From positions 311,736,001 to 311,800,000 of the forward strand of contig OZ024740.1 of assembly GCA_964016885.1 (NCBI GenBank): a DNA stretch of 64,000 nt. Direction: 5' to 3'. Shown here piece after piece: positions 26,290 through 38,114 of the stretch (its first letter is position 1; the number at the start of each line of letters is the position of its first letter). Both the position numbers and the translations under genes were made by a program. A model generated the notes under the pieces. It worked only from the letters and a program-made list of their open reading frames with translations, was not told where the DNA came from and did not search any database. Source of the DNA: Eledone cirrhosa (lineage: Eukaryota).

Positions 26290-26328
26290 TGAACCTGAAG
26301 ATTGCGAAAGCATGAAAGTACTTGTTCA
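26290..26328 (+). ncRNA. Minimal hammerhead ribozyme in the PLE 3' pLTR
   Basis: tgaac CTGAAGA t-tgc gaaa gca-t GAAA gtac TT gttca. Confidence 0.8.
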
Positions 26329-26442
26329 ATTAACACTTAGAATTTAATATTCTATCATACTATTTCATTATAATACCATTATATATATTTTAAAGGATTG
26401 TAAATAAAACGAGTAAATCAGACAAAGTTGGAATTCCTCTTA

Positions 26443-26512
<70 letters not shown>

Positions 26513-26586
26513 GATACATTTATATATATATATGTGTGTGTGTGTATGTATCCATATATATATATGTGTGTGTATGTATGTATGTA

Positions 26587-27190
26587 GGCCGCCGCTTCTA
26601 TGGTCAGGTCACCAGTTGGTGCTACTAGTAACATGTATCCCAGTACAACCTCTTTCATGGTCGGGTCTTGGCGACTAAACTGGCAACCCCACCAAGGTTT
26701 CTTGGTGAGGAGGTGACTTTGGACATCCTGCAGTAGTAAAAACAAAACCTGTCAAAGGGCAAAGGAGCTCTTAAGAGTCAATGGCCATCCAAAATCACCG
26801 GAGAGATGACCCCTTAGCCTTTGTCAAGGCAGAATTCTAGGAAAAGGAAAACTCTGATATGACACCTGCAACCCTGATGGTATCCAATGATGTTGACTTG
26901 TTATTCTTTTTGGTAAATATCATCTTAGTTAAGAGAGTGGGACTGGCTTTGTGCAGTGCCTTTGCTAACTATAAAAGCTTCACGGCACAGGCATTGCTTT
27001 ATATCTGGAGATCTCTCTGCACTTGTCGTCACATGGTACCATGGGCCCAGCACTATGTGTCAATAATTGTCACAAGTGTAGTGTTTGTACCAGAGTTTTC
27101 AAGTCGCTGGCTGGACTAAAAAGTCACACTCGTTCCTACATTGATATAAAGTAGTGGCCGTACTCGAAAACGAGTTTTCAGCCACCATAT
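26587..27190 (+). mobile_element. Apparently complete ~600-bp bipartite RTE derivative (5' leader plus 3' end)
   Basis: 5' leader shared with diverged copies at 49160-49685 and 50190-50725; 3' part shared with the 2366, 6865 and 10516 copies. Confidence 0.75.
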
Positions 27191-27349
27191 ATGTATATAT
27201 ATATAAATATATGTGTGTGTGTATATATACATATATTTTTATGTGTATATTTATATATGTGTATATGTGTATATCTATATATGTGTATATGTGTATATCT
27301 ATATATGTGTATATATATATATGTGTATATGTGTTTGTATATGTATATA

Positions 27350-27416
<67 letters not shown>

Positions 27417-27907
27417 GTGTATATATGTGTGTGTATATGTATATATTTGTATATATATATATATGTATATATAAGTATATATGTATATATATATGTGCGC
27501 GCGCGCGTGTCTGTGTGAATGTAGCGGAGATAATACGTCAGAATGACGTTATGCAGGCAGGCAGGCAGGCATACAGACAGATATTATAAGAGCGCGACGG
27601 AGATGGATAACCGGCGCCTAACACCTTTTAACAACAGAAAATTGAAGAAAAAAAACGCGACAGTTAATATCTTTATACCGCAAGGAATATATAAATGCAA
27701 GTTTGAAGTAAATCGGAGTAGAAATGTGGATTTGTACAGACTTTGCAAAAATGAGGACACACAGACAACATCAGTTATATATATAGAGATTCTTTATCTG
27801 TAGCGCCTGTGAGCGCCTGGCAACATTGTATGCATTTAAGTTGCTTAATAACTCGCACGCAGAGATACATATGCACGCACGCACACACACTCACGCACGC
27901 ACACACA

Positions 27908-27996
<89 letters not shown>

Positions 27997-28204
27997 TCTC
28001 TCTTTCTTTCTTGCTCTTTTTCTCTCTATTCTTTTACTTGACAATACATGCCTGTAAAATATTGTCAAGAACAGTTTCATTTGAAAACAAATGAAACTAA
28101 ACATTTTATACCAGCATCAGGATTTTCTAAGAAATTTATTGTCACTTTTAATTTTGTCAACAAATCCTGAATAACTTAGTGGGGTGCTTATTTGTTCAAT
28201 CGGT

Positions 28205-28445
28205 GCAGAACTACCGGGTAATTAAAGAATAGTCCCCGGCTCGAAAGTTGTCCGCACTTGCTCACCATTAATCCTCTATAGAAATCCAGAGGGGAATTTC
28301 CACTGACCGCTCACTGGCAGTGAGCGCCTGACAACATTCCAGATGCCAGGTGCCCAGTTTCGTTCTCTCCTTGACCCAGAACTGTAGCTGAAACAAAGAA
28401 ACGATCTGCTGAAAGGCTCGTCTCACAAACGGCAAACACACCTGT
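28205..28445 (-). mobile_element. Diverged Tx1 ORF2 fragment
   Basis: LQFWVKERTKLGTWHLECCQALTA aligns by eye with LQSWVKQRPRKVGDWHIECAQALTA of the 15-20 kb element. Confidence 0.75.
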
Positions 28446-28509
28446 TACATAAACTGTATATATGCGAAAATATTAAAAAATATTTCCAATAAGGGCTTCG
28501 ATATCAATT

Positions 28510-28880
28510 AATAATTGTTTGTACTTTTGGTACAAGGCCAACAATTACCCCAGTGCATTACTGGTACTTTATTTTATAGACTCCGTAAGGATGAAAGGCA
28601 AAGTTAACCTCGGCGGGACTTGAACTCAGAACGTAAAGGGCCGTAACTCTATGCTGCAAAGCATGGTACCTGACGCTCTACCGATACTTCCAATCCACCA
28701 CTCTTAATAATTGTTTCTACTTTTGGCACAAGACCAGTGTATTACTGGTACTTTATTTTATCGACCCCGTAAGGATGAACGGCAAAGTTAACCTCGGCGG
28801 GATTTGAACTCAGACAATAAAGGGGCGTAACTCTTTTCTGCAAAGCATGGCGTCAGATCCTCTACCGATACTACCAACAC
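28510..28880 (-). mobile_element. Two tandem Meta/MESC-type SINEs
   Basis: Two copies of AAGGATGAAAGGCAAAGTTAACCTCGGCGGGA(T/C)TTGAACTCAG. Confidence 0.85.
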
Positions 28881-29417
28881 CATCAGTCTACAGACAGTTG
28901 TGCACAGTGTATGCAACTCAGTCAATGCCAACAAGGTCCCTATAAAGTTTGGTTTATAATCGGTTATATATGTTGTTCTTGCCTTTTCGTTTTACCCCAC
29001 TAAAACTTGTGTTGCACAAAATCCAACAACTTTTTCTGTCAACCAATAATTGTCATCTCACCTGGAACAGTGTGCATATAAGGAAATTTGACTTGTGCAT
29101 CCCACTGACCAGGAATGTAATATAAAATAATTGGTTTCTGATTTAGGCAATCTCCACATACACACACATATGCGCGCGCATTCTAAATCACTGCTCACGC
29201 AATAATTTATTTGGTTGTTGGAAACTTATTTACAGAAACGGTTGATCGAACTGCTAGAAATAACAGTTAAATTTGTCTCAAATCAAACCAATATACTCAT
29301 AGTATAGAAACCTAAGTATCTGCGTAATGCCACTGGTGTAACTGATTATACATAATTCGTCCGACGGAGTGAGTGCTCTAAAACCTCGGATATTCATACC
29401 AAGTTTGTACTACAATA

Positions 29418-29516
<99 letters not shown>

Positions 29517-29529
29517 ATATATATATATA

Positions 29530-30850
29530 TATATTGTTATACTTTGGGAGGGTCATGTTGCCAATAAGAAACACACGCACCAGTTGCTTTCACTTCAATT
29601 TATTATATATTTATATATTTATAAATTTATAAATTTACAAATCTACAAATCTATAAATTTCTGGTTGGTTGGTTCCACAACCAGATAGTTGTTTATATAA
29701 ATAGTCATAGTCCTTTCGTCACACACTCTGTGACCTCTTCAGTGACTGGGGATTCCTTTCTTTGTTTCTGTGCCTTTCCTTTCTTCTGTCCTACGCCATT
29801 TTGTTTCTGTGTGTGTGTGTTGTGTGCTCAGTTTGCGCATGCGCCACATCCGGGTGTCTGTGTGTGTTTGTGTTCATTTATCTATTTGTTTATTTATTTA
29901 CATGTTGTTGGTTGGTTGTTTGTTCTATGTGTGTGTGTGTTTTCATTTTGTCCTTAATTGTAAGTTGTGATGTTGCTGTTCCACTCATGTTTTCTATTTA
30001 ATTTTGGTTGTAATTCTTTTATGCTTACTGCCTCTGTAATTTGTCTAAACATTGCATCTTTTCTGTGTGTAGATTCTATTTTTATTTCTATGTTCTCTAA
30101 TTTACCCTTGTGTTCTATCTTAGCATGTTGGTAGAGTACAGATGATTCTTTATTATCTTGAAGGTCTCGCCAGTGTTCATTTATCCGTTCCCCTATACTA
30201 CGAGCTGTCTCACCTATGTACACTATATTTTTGTTTCTACATTGTCCTTCAGTACATCTTATGCTATACACTACATTTCTAGTTTTACAGTTAATATGGG
30301 GGCTTATTTTACAGGTTATACATTTCTTATCTATACATGAGGGTCTTTGGAACGGGTATGTCTTGCTAATAAGTGTTTTTACGGAGGTACCTGGTCTTTC
30401 TACTATCTTAATATTGAGTTTATGTTTATTTAGGGCCCTTCTAAATCTGTAGGCTAGTTCGCCTCTAGGGGTTGTATTGATGAACATTACACTCTGGTAT
30501 TTATTGCTATCATACCATGAGTTTATTCTATTGGTTTTGTTCCTAGTTCTTTCTATTCTATTCCAAAATTTGCTCCTATACAAGGGGCAGGTCCCATTTA
30601 TGTCATTATTTACCATTTTTTCCCATTTGGTTCTGGCTCCTCTATACACTCTGATTCTATCTCTCTGATTGTAGCCAGAGAACTGCATACGGTGGATGAA
30701 GTGTTGTATGTGTCTCTCTAGTTCTTCGGGGTTGCACATGCGGGACACATTTCTCATCACCCGTACCAAATCCGCAATCAGTATGTTGATTTTGGTATGG
30801 TCCGAAATGGCCGAGTTTCGGTGGATCAGATGTTTGGAAGTCATGGGTTT
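29530..30850 (-). mobile_element. 5'-truncated PLE of a second lineage (RT thumb, Zn linker, GIY-YIG; ORF 29954-30844 open)
   Basis: FSGY, CIDKKCITC, NVVYSIRC, YIGETARSIGERINEH, RQITEAVSI...PKLN; HHR in the 3' UTR. Confidence 0.9.
29703..29747 (-). ncRNA. Minimal hammerhead ribozyme
   Basis: Minus strand: agtca CTGAAGA g-gtcac agagtgt gtgac GAAA ggac TA tgact. Confidence 0.75.
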
Positions 30851-30994
30851 TTGGCGGGTAAATTCAACGTGTTAACAAGGGAAATATTATACTTTCCGCT
30901 CAAACATTCCGAATAAAAGCTCTCGACCAGATGTTATTAAACAAACACAAATAATTAACCAATCAACAGAATTGTCTAATTGTCTAATTGAGTA

Positions 30995-31170
30995 ATAATT
31001 GATTCTACTTTAGGCACAACGCCAGCAATTACTCAGTGCATTACTGGTACTTTATTTTATCGACCCCGTAAGGATGAAAAGCAAAGTCAACCTCGGCGGG
31101 ATTTGAACTCAGACCGTAAAAGGATGTAACTATGCTGGAAAGCATGGCGTCCGACCCTCTACCGATTTTG
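30995..31170 (-). mobile_element. Meta/MESC-type SINE
   Basis: Same core and B box as the other copies. Confidence 0.85.
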
Positions 31171-31383
31171 AAGTAATAATGATTCAAAGTAATAATTAAT
31201 AATTACTGGGAGTTTCGTTTTCTAAATTTCTCGGTCGTTTATAGTAGTATTCATTACATATCTCAATACAACATTGAGTACCACGCCATTTTACTATAAG
31301 CAGAACTTATAATAAAAACACAACCCATACAAATATACAAAATTAAATATATTTATGAGATTTTTGTGTTCGGACCAGGTACA

Positions 31384-31510
<127 letters not shown>

Positions 31511-31587
31511 ATATATATATAAATATATAATATTAATATATAAAGGAACAGAGAATCAGTGTTGCATCATATACATATTTATTACAT

Positions 31588-32010
31588 ATGAGAAAAGGAG
31601 AGCAAGGAGAGCAAGGAGAAAAGGAGAGCAAGGAAAGCAATGAGAAATGGAGAGTAAGTAGAGCAATGAGAAAAGGAGCGCAGGGAGAGCAAGGAGAGCA
31701 AGGATAAAAGGAGAGCAATGAGAAAAGGAGAGCAAGGAGAGCAATGAGAAAAGGAGGGCAAGGAGAACAAGGAGAGTAATGAGAAAAGTAGAGCAAGGAT
31801 AAAAGGAGAGTAATGAGAAAAGGAGAGCAAGGAGAGCAATGAGAAAAGGAGAGCAAGGAGAACAAAGATAAAAAGGAGAGCAAAGTGAGTAATCATAAAA
31901 GGAAAGCAAGGAGAGCAATGAGAAAAGGAGAGCAAGAAGAGCAATGAGAAAAGGAGGGCAAGGAGAAGAAGGAGAGTTATGAAAAAAGGGGAACAATGAG
32001 AGCAAGGAGA
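31588..32010. repeat. Purine-rich degenerate minisatellite (~26 bp, GAGAAAAGGAGAGCAAGGAGAGCAAT)
   Basis: Direct reading of the recurring unit. Confidence 0.9.
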
Positions 32011-32094
32011 GGTTAGGGCAAATATTGCTCAAGTTATACTGGAAGCAGACAAAGGTGAAGAAGAGGAAGAAGAAAAAATTCTGCACCAAAATGA

Positions 32095-32810
32095 CTTTTT
32101 TTCCTTTACAAACATCGAGTTTTCGTCTTTTGTAACTCCTGGTACAAACACTTTCTGCACGAGATTTTCTATCAGCACCGATTTCCTCGTCAAAGACGCG
32201 TCAAGGAAGGATGATCCTGGTTACAAAAGTGGACCTGAAAAACTTGAGAAGACAGTTGTTGTGAATGATGTTGCAGAAAGAGGTGTCAAACTCATTCAGG
32301 ATTACAATTACATTCTCACAAAAGATGAAACTGAGAAACAATTTGTTTTACAGATCGTTACCGAAAACGGTAAAACATACTGAACTGCCACTAAATCCTC
32401 CATTATGCAAAAATAATGTTCAATATTCAGTGTTCAGTGTTCTATAGAAATTATTGTTGTAAATAAAAATGTGTTTCTCTTATAGAAGTTAAGAAAACCT
32501 AATATTTCTTAAGTTTTTCATGTTATTTCAGGAATTTTTCAAATTAACTATTGGTAAATTTAATTCAGAACCTTTATAAACATTTCCTGGATGTGTCCAC
32601 ATAAATTTCTCTAAGAAGAAAAAAGAAAATGGTCAATATAGGGAACAGTATACCGCTTTTGAACAGAATTAATCGTTGCGTAACTTCCAGGCGTTTGAGG
32701 GTCGCCTAACAGTTGTTCAATTGAGCTAAACCTTTACACACCCAGTGTTTTTGTGAATTGAAACAGGATTAAGGGGTGGGAACATGAAAATTTAACTTTC
32801 GGAAAATTAT
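32095..32810 (+). mobile_element. DNA transposon 3' remnant (tentatively Sola2-like transposase C-terminus)
   Basis: VVNDVAERGVKLIQDYNYILTKDETEKQFVLQIV at ~32256-32365. The superfamily assignment rests on my recollection of the motif. Confidence 0.5.
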
Positions 32811-32817
32811 CTATTGC

Positions 32818-32853
<36 letters not shown>

Positions 32854-33329
32854 GTTTGTATGAAACAAATTAACTCAGCTGTATGGATGTCTTCATTGAA
32901 ATTATAACTAAATCCATAATTAACAGATTATTCAATGAAGGAAATATTTCAGATGTTAATGAGTTTTTCAAACCTGTTTATACATTTTACCCAAATACTG
33001 TAACAAAATCCCTTTCATTGCCATACTTCTAATTGAAGATATTGCCTATCATTTTCAAATAACTTTGAAAAATCATAAAATGATTAAACGTCTACAACAC
33101 GCAAATTTTAAAACTATATTTTACAAAAAGAAGTTATTCAATGAGGAAAATATAAAAAAAAAGTAACGAAAAGAGGGAAGGGGTAAAGAAGGGCAGATCT
33201 GGCTGTATAGGAAAGGACTATAAATGCCATGAATGCGAGAAAAGGAGGGAAAAGCAAGGACTATTTGTTTACGGAAGAAAGGGCGGGGAAGGGGAGAGCG
33301 TGATAGGCTCTATGCCTAGGGCAGAGTGG

Positions 33330-33640
33330 TATTTCGGCTGCGCCTCGTGGACAAAACTGCAATGGCATTTCTGCAGACAATTGCCTGTGACACCTGCTGC
33401 AACAGTCACCCCACCTCACGGGACTCCTTCCTTAGACGGGCTGCTGACGTTCCGATTTTACGGAGGAGCTCGGTTACACGGGGTCCTAGGTCGCCTGAGG
33501 TCTTGACGGCAACCGGTGCGGAGAGGATGCGGCCGGACAAGCCCCGGTATTTGCTTGTCTTCCTGTACTCTGCATTACGGACCGCAATACCGGATTTTGT
33601 GGCCGAAGCGACTAAGTTAGAGGCGGAGAACGTCAAGAAT
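33330..33640 (-). mobile_element. CRE-clade non-LTR retrotransposon C-terminal fragment
   Basis: RNAEYRKTSKYRGLS...PVAVKTSG.LG....LL..IG......LLQQVSQAIVCRNA. Confidence 0.65.
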
Positions 33641-33654
33641 TTGAAGCGGCAACC

Positions 33655-33910
33655 TGGTGCAGCTTGCGATTAACCCAGGCTCTGCTGCACTTCGGGCTGG
33701 GGAGGGTAAACTCTTCAAGCATCGGTTGCTCTCCGACAGGTTTGCAGTCGAGCCCCTAGCAGTGGAGACTTCTGGTGTCCTTGACCCTACCTCCCTACTT
33801 ACCACCATAGGCGCTGAGCTGGCTAGCCGCAGGTGTGAGCCTCGCGAGATGGAATGGCTCTTCTAGCGCATCTCCATCACCATCCTCCGTGGAAACGCCT
33901 TCTCTCCTTA
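33655..33910 (+). mobile_element. CRE-clade non-LTR retrotransposon C-terminal fragment
   Basis: GSAA.RAGE.K..K...L..RF..EPLAVETSG.L.....IG..LA........WLF*RISITILRGNA. Confidence 0.75.
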
Positions 33911-35305
33911 ACAAAGGTTTTTACATAAAATTATGATGGGTGGTTTTTACATACATATAAACACTTAAAGACAAACAGTTTTTTATATCATAGAACCAGG
34001 AGGCAGTTTCAGGTAGGCTGGTATCAAAGGATTGAATTCCTAAGGAATGTACTCTGTTTTACAGAATAAATGAAAGCTCAGTTTTTGCAGATTGTTTTTA
34101 TGCAGTATTTTTTTCTTGTTTTAGTTCAGCAAGTGTAATTGAAAAACTTCGCGTTAAATTTCTATTCCCCACCACCCTCGTTCCTCCACCTCCACACCAT
34201 ACACCCACCACCACCACTCCAACAGTAAAACATTCCCTATTAATTCCACCACCATATTTCTATCTCCACCATCTTTATCACTCCAGCACTACATCCAGCA
34301 CCTCCTCCAGTCTAATACTACATCCACACTTCCACCATCTCCGTCACATATCACCTCTGCCATCGTTCCACCACTATATCTTTTCCTCCACTACCTACAC
34401 CTTTTCGCCATTTCATCCATTACACTACTATATCCGTCATGCCATGACTGACATTTGCAACCATTCTATATCAGATGTATTGTATATTGTCACCTTCGAT
34501 GTTCGTGCCCATGACAAAGACAGGAGTAATTCTTTTCGACAATTAGGTGAACTGAAGCACGTACAAATTAATTATCTAACTTAATGATACGAGGGAATAC
34601 TTGCAGCAGATTTAAAATCGCATAACATGGGTCTGTTGTCCATTATTTGGAAAATTTCTGTTTTGGTGAAAGCACAATATTCTGATTTCAGGGGATAGGG
34701 AGTAAAGAAATGTGTACATAACATCGTCCACATAATTGAATATATAGCAGACATTTACCATGAATTTTATTAACCACCATTGTTGAAATTAGATTTGGTT
34801 TCTTCATCCTATTTAAGTTCTGACAGGTAACATCAGCCTCGAAAGCATTTGCATTAAACGTATTCATGACCCAATCATATCTTTTCAGTTTAAAATGTTG
34901 CTAAACCATTTTTTCCATATCTCAATTAAGTTGATTGAAGTAACTTCTGAACGTTTCAATCTCCTTTGAAGTTAAACATTTTTTTACTGATGACAATTCC
35001 TCAAACTGAAACAAATATTTTCGAACAAGATGTTGTTCATGTATCATACAATGAATGTATAAAACGTTTGAGACTTCTTTCAACTAGGCAACAAAGCCAT
35101 GATAGCGACTTGTCATTGATGGTACTCTACCAGCAGCGCATGTAACAATATTGTTTAAAAGTATAGTGTTTTTTTGCAAAGTATGATTTTACATCCCTAA
35201 ATATTGATAATATGTTAGTATCTGTAATAAGTTTTAAAATGAATAGTATTTCGTCTTGCAATGCAGTTTTCATCAATGTACCATACATAAACCATTAATA
35301 AAGCA

Positions 35306-35488
35306 TTGGCAGTGTCGGTAGAGGGTCGAACGCCATGCTTTGCAGCATAGAGTTACGCCCCTTTATGATCTGAGTTCAAATCCCGCCGAGGTTAACTTTG
35401 CCTTTCATCCTTACAGGGTTGATAAAATAAAGTACCAGTAATACACTGGGATAATTGCTGGCCTTGTGCCAAAAGTAGAAACAATTAT
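35306..35488 (+). mobile_element. Meta/MESC-type SINE nested in the hAT fossil
   Basis: A box TGGCAGTGTCGG, B box GAGTTCAAATCC, core and tail all present. Confidence 0.9.
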
Positions 35489-35961
35489 CATCAGCTATAG
35501 TACTTTCATCCAACAGCATAGAAAATGGTGAATTTTGGAGTATAGCTATAAGTCTATTTTCAACATTAACAACCATTCGTCAATGTATCGTTTTATTTTG
35601 TTAATGTTAAGAGTCAAAGGTTTTTATAATACCTTATATTTGATCTTGATGCGTTACTGATGAGATAAATTCTGAAAGTTTCTCCAACGTTATGGCTTTT
35701 ACCACAGTCTGCAATTAATTGTGATATATGATAAGTTGCTGTTAATCGAACTTCATCACATTTTACAATTAATTCTGATATACGATATGTTGGAGTTAAT
35801 CCATCTCTGTTCTATGAATTTTGTTTCTTGAATGATACAGTTATTGTAGAACGATATTTAAACCTTACATACCATCCTTGAAAATATTCAATGAATTTCT
35901 TTTTCTGTTTTGGATGTTTTGTAAAGCAGACGTTCTTGCAATTGACAAGGTTTAATAGCTT

Positions 35962-38114
35962 TGTGGCGGTTGTCTCCCTTGTTTTGATTGGGATCTAGAC
36001 GGGAGGTGGAACCCTTTCTCAAACTTCCGGTCAGAGCCCTATAAAACTAACAACTTTAAGCTTCCTCCCTCTCTTTGCCTTTTCGGCACCAGGTCGAAGA
36101 GTCTTCTCATTTGGCTCTGCCATTAATTTGGCCAACAGGCGCCTGGCCTTAGCCAGGCGCCCTCTGCCAGCCGCGTTTGCCTGGCATTCAAAACGGTAAC
36201 TACTAACTTTGTTTCATTCTAACATCTATCTTTGACATGTCAAGTATTCTATCTACCGTTAATTAAATATTATTTACACAAACATTGTCTCGTTTTGTTA
36301 CATTCATACAACCTCAGTAATCTCGCTAAATTGGTAACCCTGACGTGATACGAACACGCAGCCGTTCATCGCTATAAGTGGTCACCCCCAAAAAAAGAAA
36401 AAAATAGCACATCTGGTTTTGTGAGTAACATTACGAATACACAGCAAATTTAGCGACAAACTATGAAAATACTCAAGGTCACGCACACACGCACATGTGG
36501 AATTCGCACAGACATACTTTTTCTCTCACGCATCAATTAACTGTCGCATTTCACCAATATATATATATATATGTTTCTCGTTTCTTACAACGAACACTTT
36601 CAAAACAAAAAAAAACATTTCACGATATATATATATGTTTCTCGTTTCTTACAACGAACACTTTCAAAACAAAAAAAAAACATTTCACGATATATATATA
36701 TGTTTCTCGTTTCTTACAACGAACTCTTTCAGAACACAAAAAAAAAAAGAAATTTGATATTCTTTAAAAAACATTTCAACAGGAACATTTATTTTCGATG
36801 AACCATTGCCTTTTGTTCATCGTTCAAGTTTTTTGTTTTTTTCAAAAGTTCACACCAATGATTATGCTGATTGAAGCCTTTCTTTTTCATCATTGTCACT
36901 TTCAAAATTGCACTATCATTTTCTCGCGCGTTAGAAATATTTTTTTTCAACCTTGTATTGGCACGTGTAGGCAGCATAAATTCTCGATTCACTGAGATGT
37001 CTCTTACTCACAGACAGCCGCACGCCAGAGATAGCATTTCTCCCCCAAGGATTCTTCAGCCTTAAGCTATATTCTTCTATTTGCCGGTTTATAAGTTTAC
37101 AATGTAAATTTACCGTTGATAACCGCGCATTTATTAAGAATGCTTATTTCTCTGGTCGCTGGCCTCTTGACCCTTCCAGGTCAACGCATTCTCAACATCG
37201 ACCATCAACTTCGGCTGCTATTTCTAGCACTTTGCGCAACTCATTTTTTTCTAAAAAAAAAAATTTTTTTACTGTGAATTTAAACACCGAATACGCTCAC
37301 TCAGCGAGACAACAGCAGCAGCAACAGCAACAGCAATACATCAATACAGCTTCACCAAAGCCAGAGAATTCATTTTTGCAGCACTCTTCCTGTGAGAAAA
37401 TCCATTCGGAGGTTGGAAATTTCACGATATACCACAGAACAGAAACCACCTGCATTCATTCTCTGGAACACATTCTTTCCTGCTGTCATGTGATTGCACA
37501 CCTGTGAACTATATTTTGAACTTTGAGCTCTTCTATTACTTTTACTTTATTACATTGTATCTTTGGGTGATGGATAGATGGATGTCCAGTCGTTCTCTGG
37601 CCAAGAGCGGTTGGCTACCTTGATATCTATCATTGATTTTTCCAGACATTCTTTTGTCGTAATTTTCATGCCTGTTACAACATTCTCGCCAACTTGCTAC
37701 ATATTTTCATTTCGATTTTTATACACTAAAATTCTGGCGGGAGGTTATGTGGCGGTTGTCTCCCTTGTTTTGATTGGGATCTAGACGGGAGGTGGAACCC
37801 TTTCTCAAACTTCCGGTCAGAGCCCTATAAAACTAACAACTTTAAGCTTCCTCCCTCTCTTTGCCTTTTCGGCACCAGGTCGAAGAGTCTTCTCATTTGG
37901 CTCTGCCATTAATTTGGCCAACAGGCGCCTGGCCTTAGCCAGGCGCCCTCTGCCAGCCGCGTTTGCCTGGCATTCAAAACGGTAACTACTAACTTTGTTT
38001 CATTCTAACATCTATCTTTGACATGTCAAGTATTCTATCTACCGTTAATTAAATATTATTTACACAAACATTGTCTCGTTTTGTTACATTCATACAGCCA
38101 GTATTCTCGCTATA
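35962..38114 (+). mobile_element. Non-autonomous Gypsy LTR retrotransposon (CsRn1-like)
   Basis: LTRs 35962-36330 and 37748-38114 begin with TG. 4-bp TSD GCTT. PBS TGGTAACCCTGACGTGAT (tRNA-Trp-like) at 36332-36349. PPT-like GGCGGGAGG. No pol; internal ~61-bp tandem repeat at 36560-36750. Confidence 0.9.

Larger units (their letters stand above)
22560..26447 (+). mobile_element. Penelope-like element (Neptune-type) with inverted 5' pseudo-LTR
   Basis: 22560-23445 is a near-identical reverse complement of 25558-26447. RT plus GIY-YIG ORF; 3' end runs into (TA)n. Confidence 0.95.

Noticed and set aside
28262-28400. Apparent host exon on the minus strand (TTTCAG acceptor, GTGAG donor)
   Set aside because: The translation matches the Tx1 ORF2 in this window; it is a TE fragment.
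35306-35390. tRNA gene
   Set aside because: A and B boxes are present but there is no cloverleaf; it continues into the SINE core and tail.
35654-35685. CTGATGA...GAAA as a hammerhead
   Set aside because: No supporting stems, and it lies within the antisense of the hAT coding remnant.
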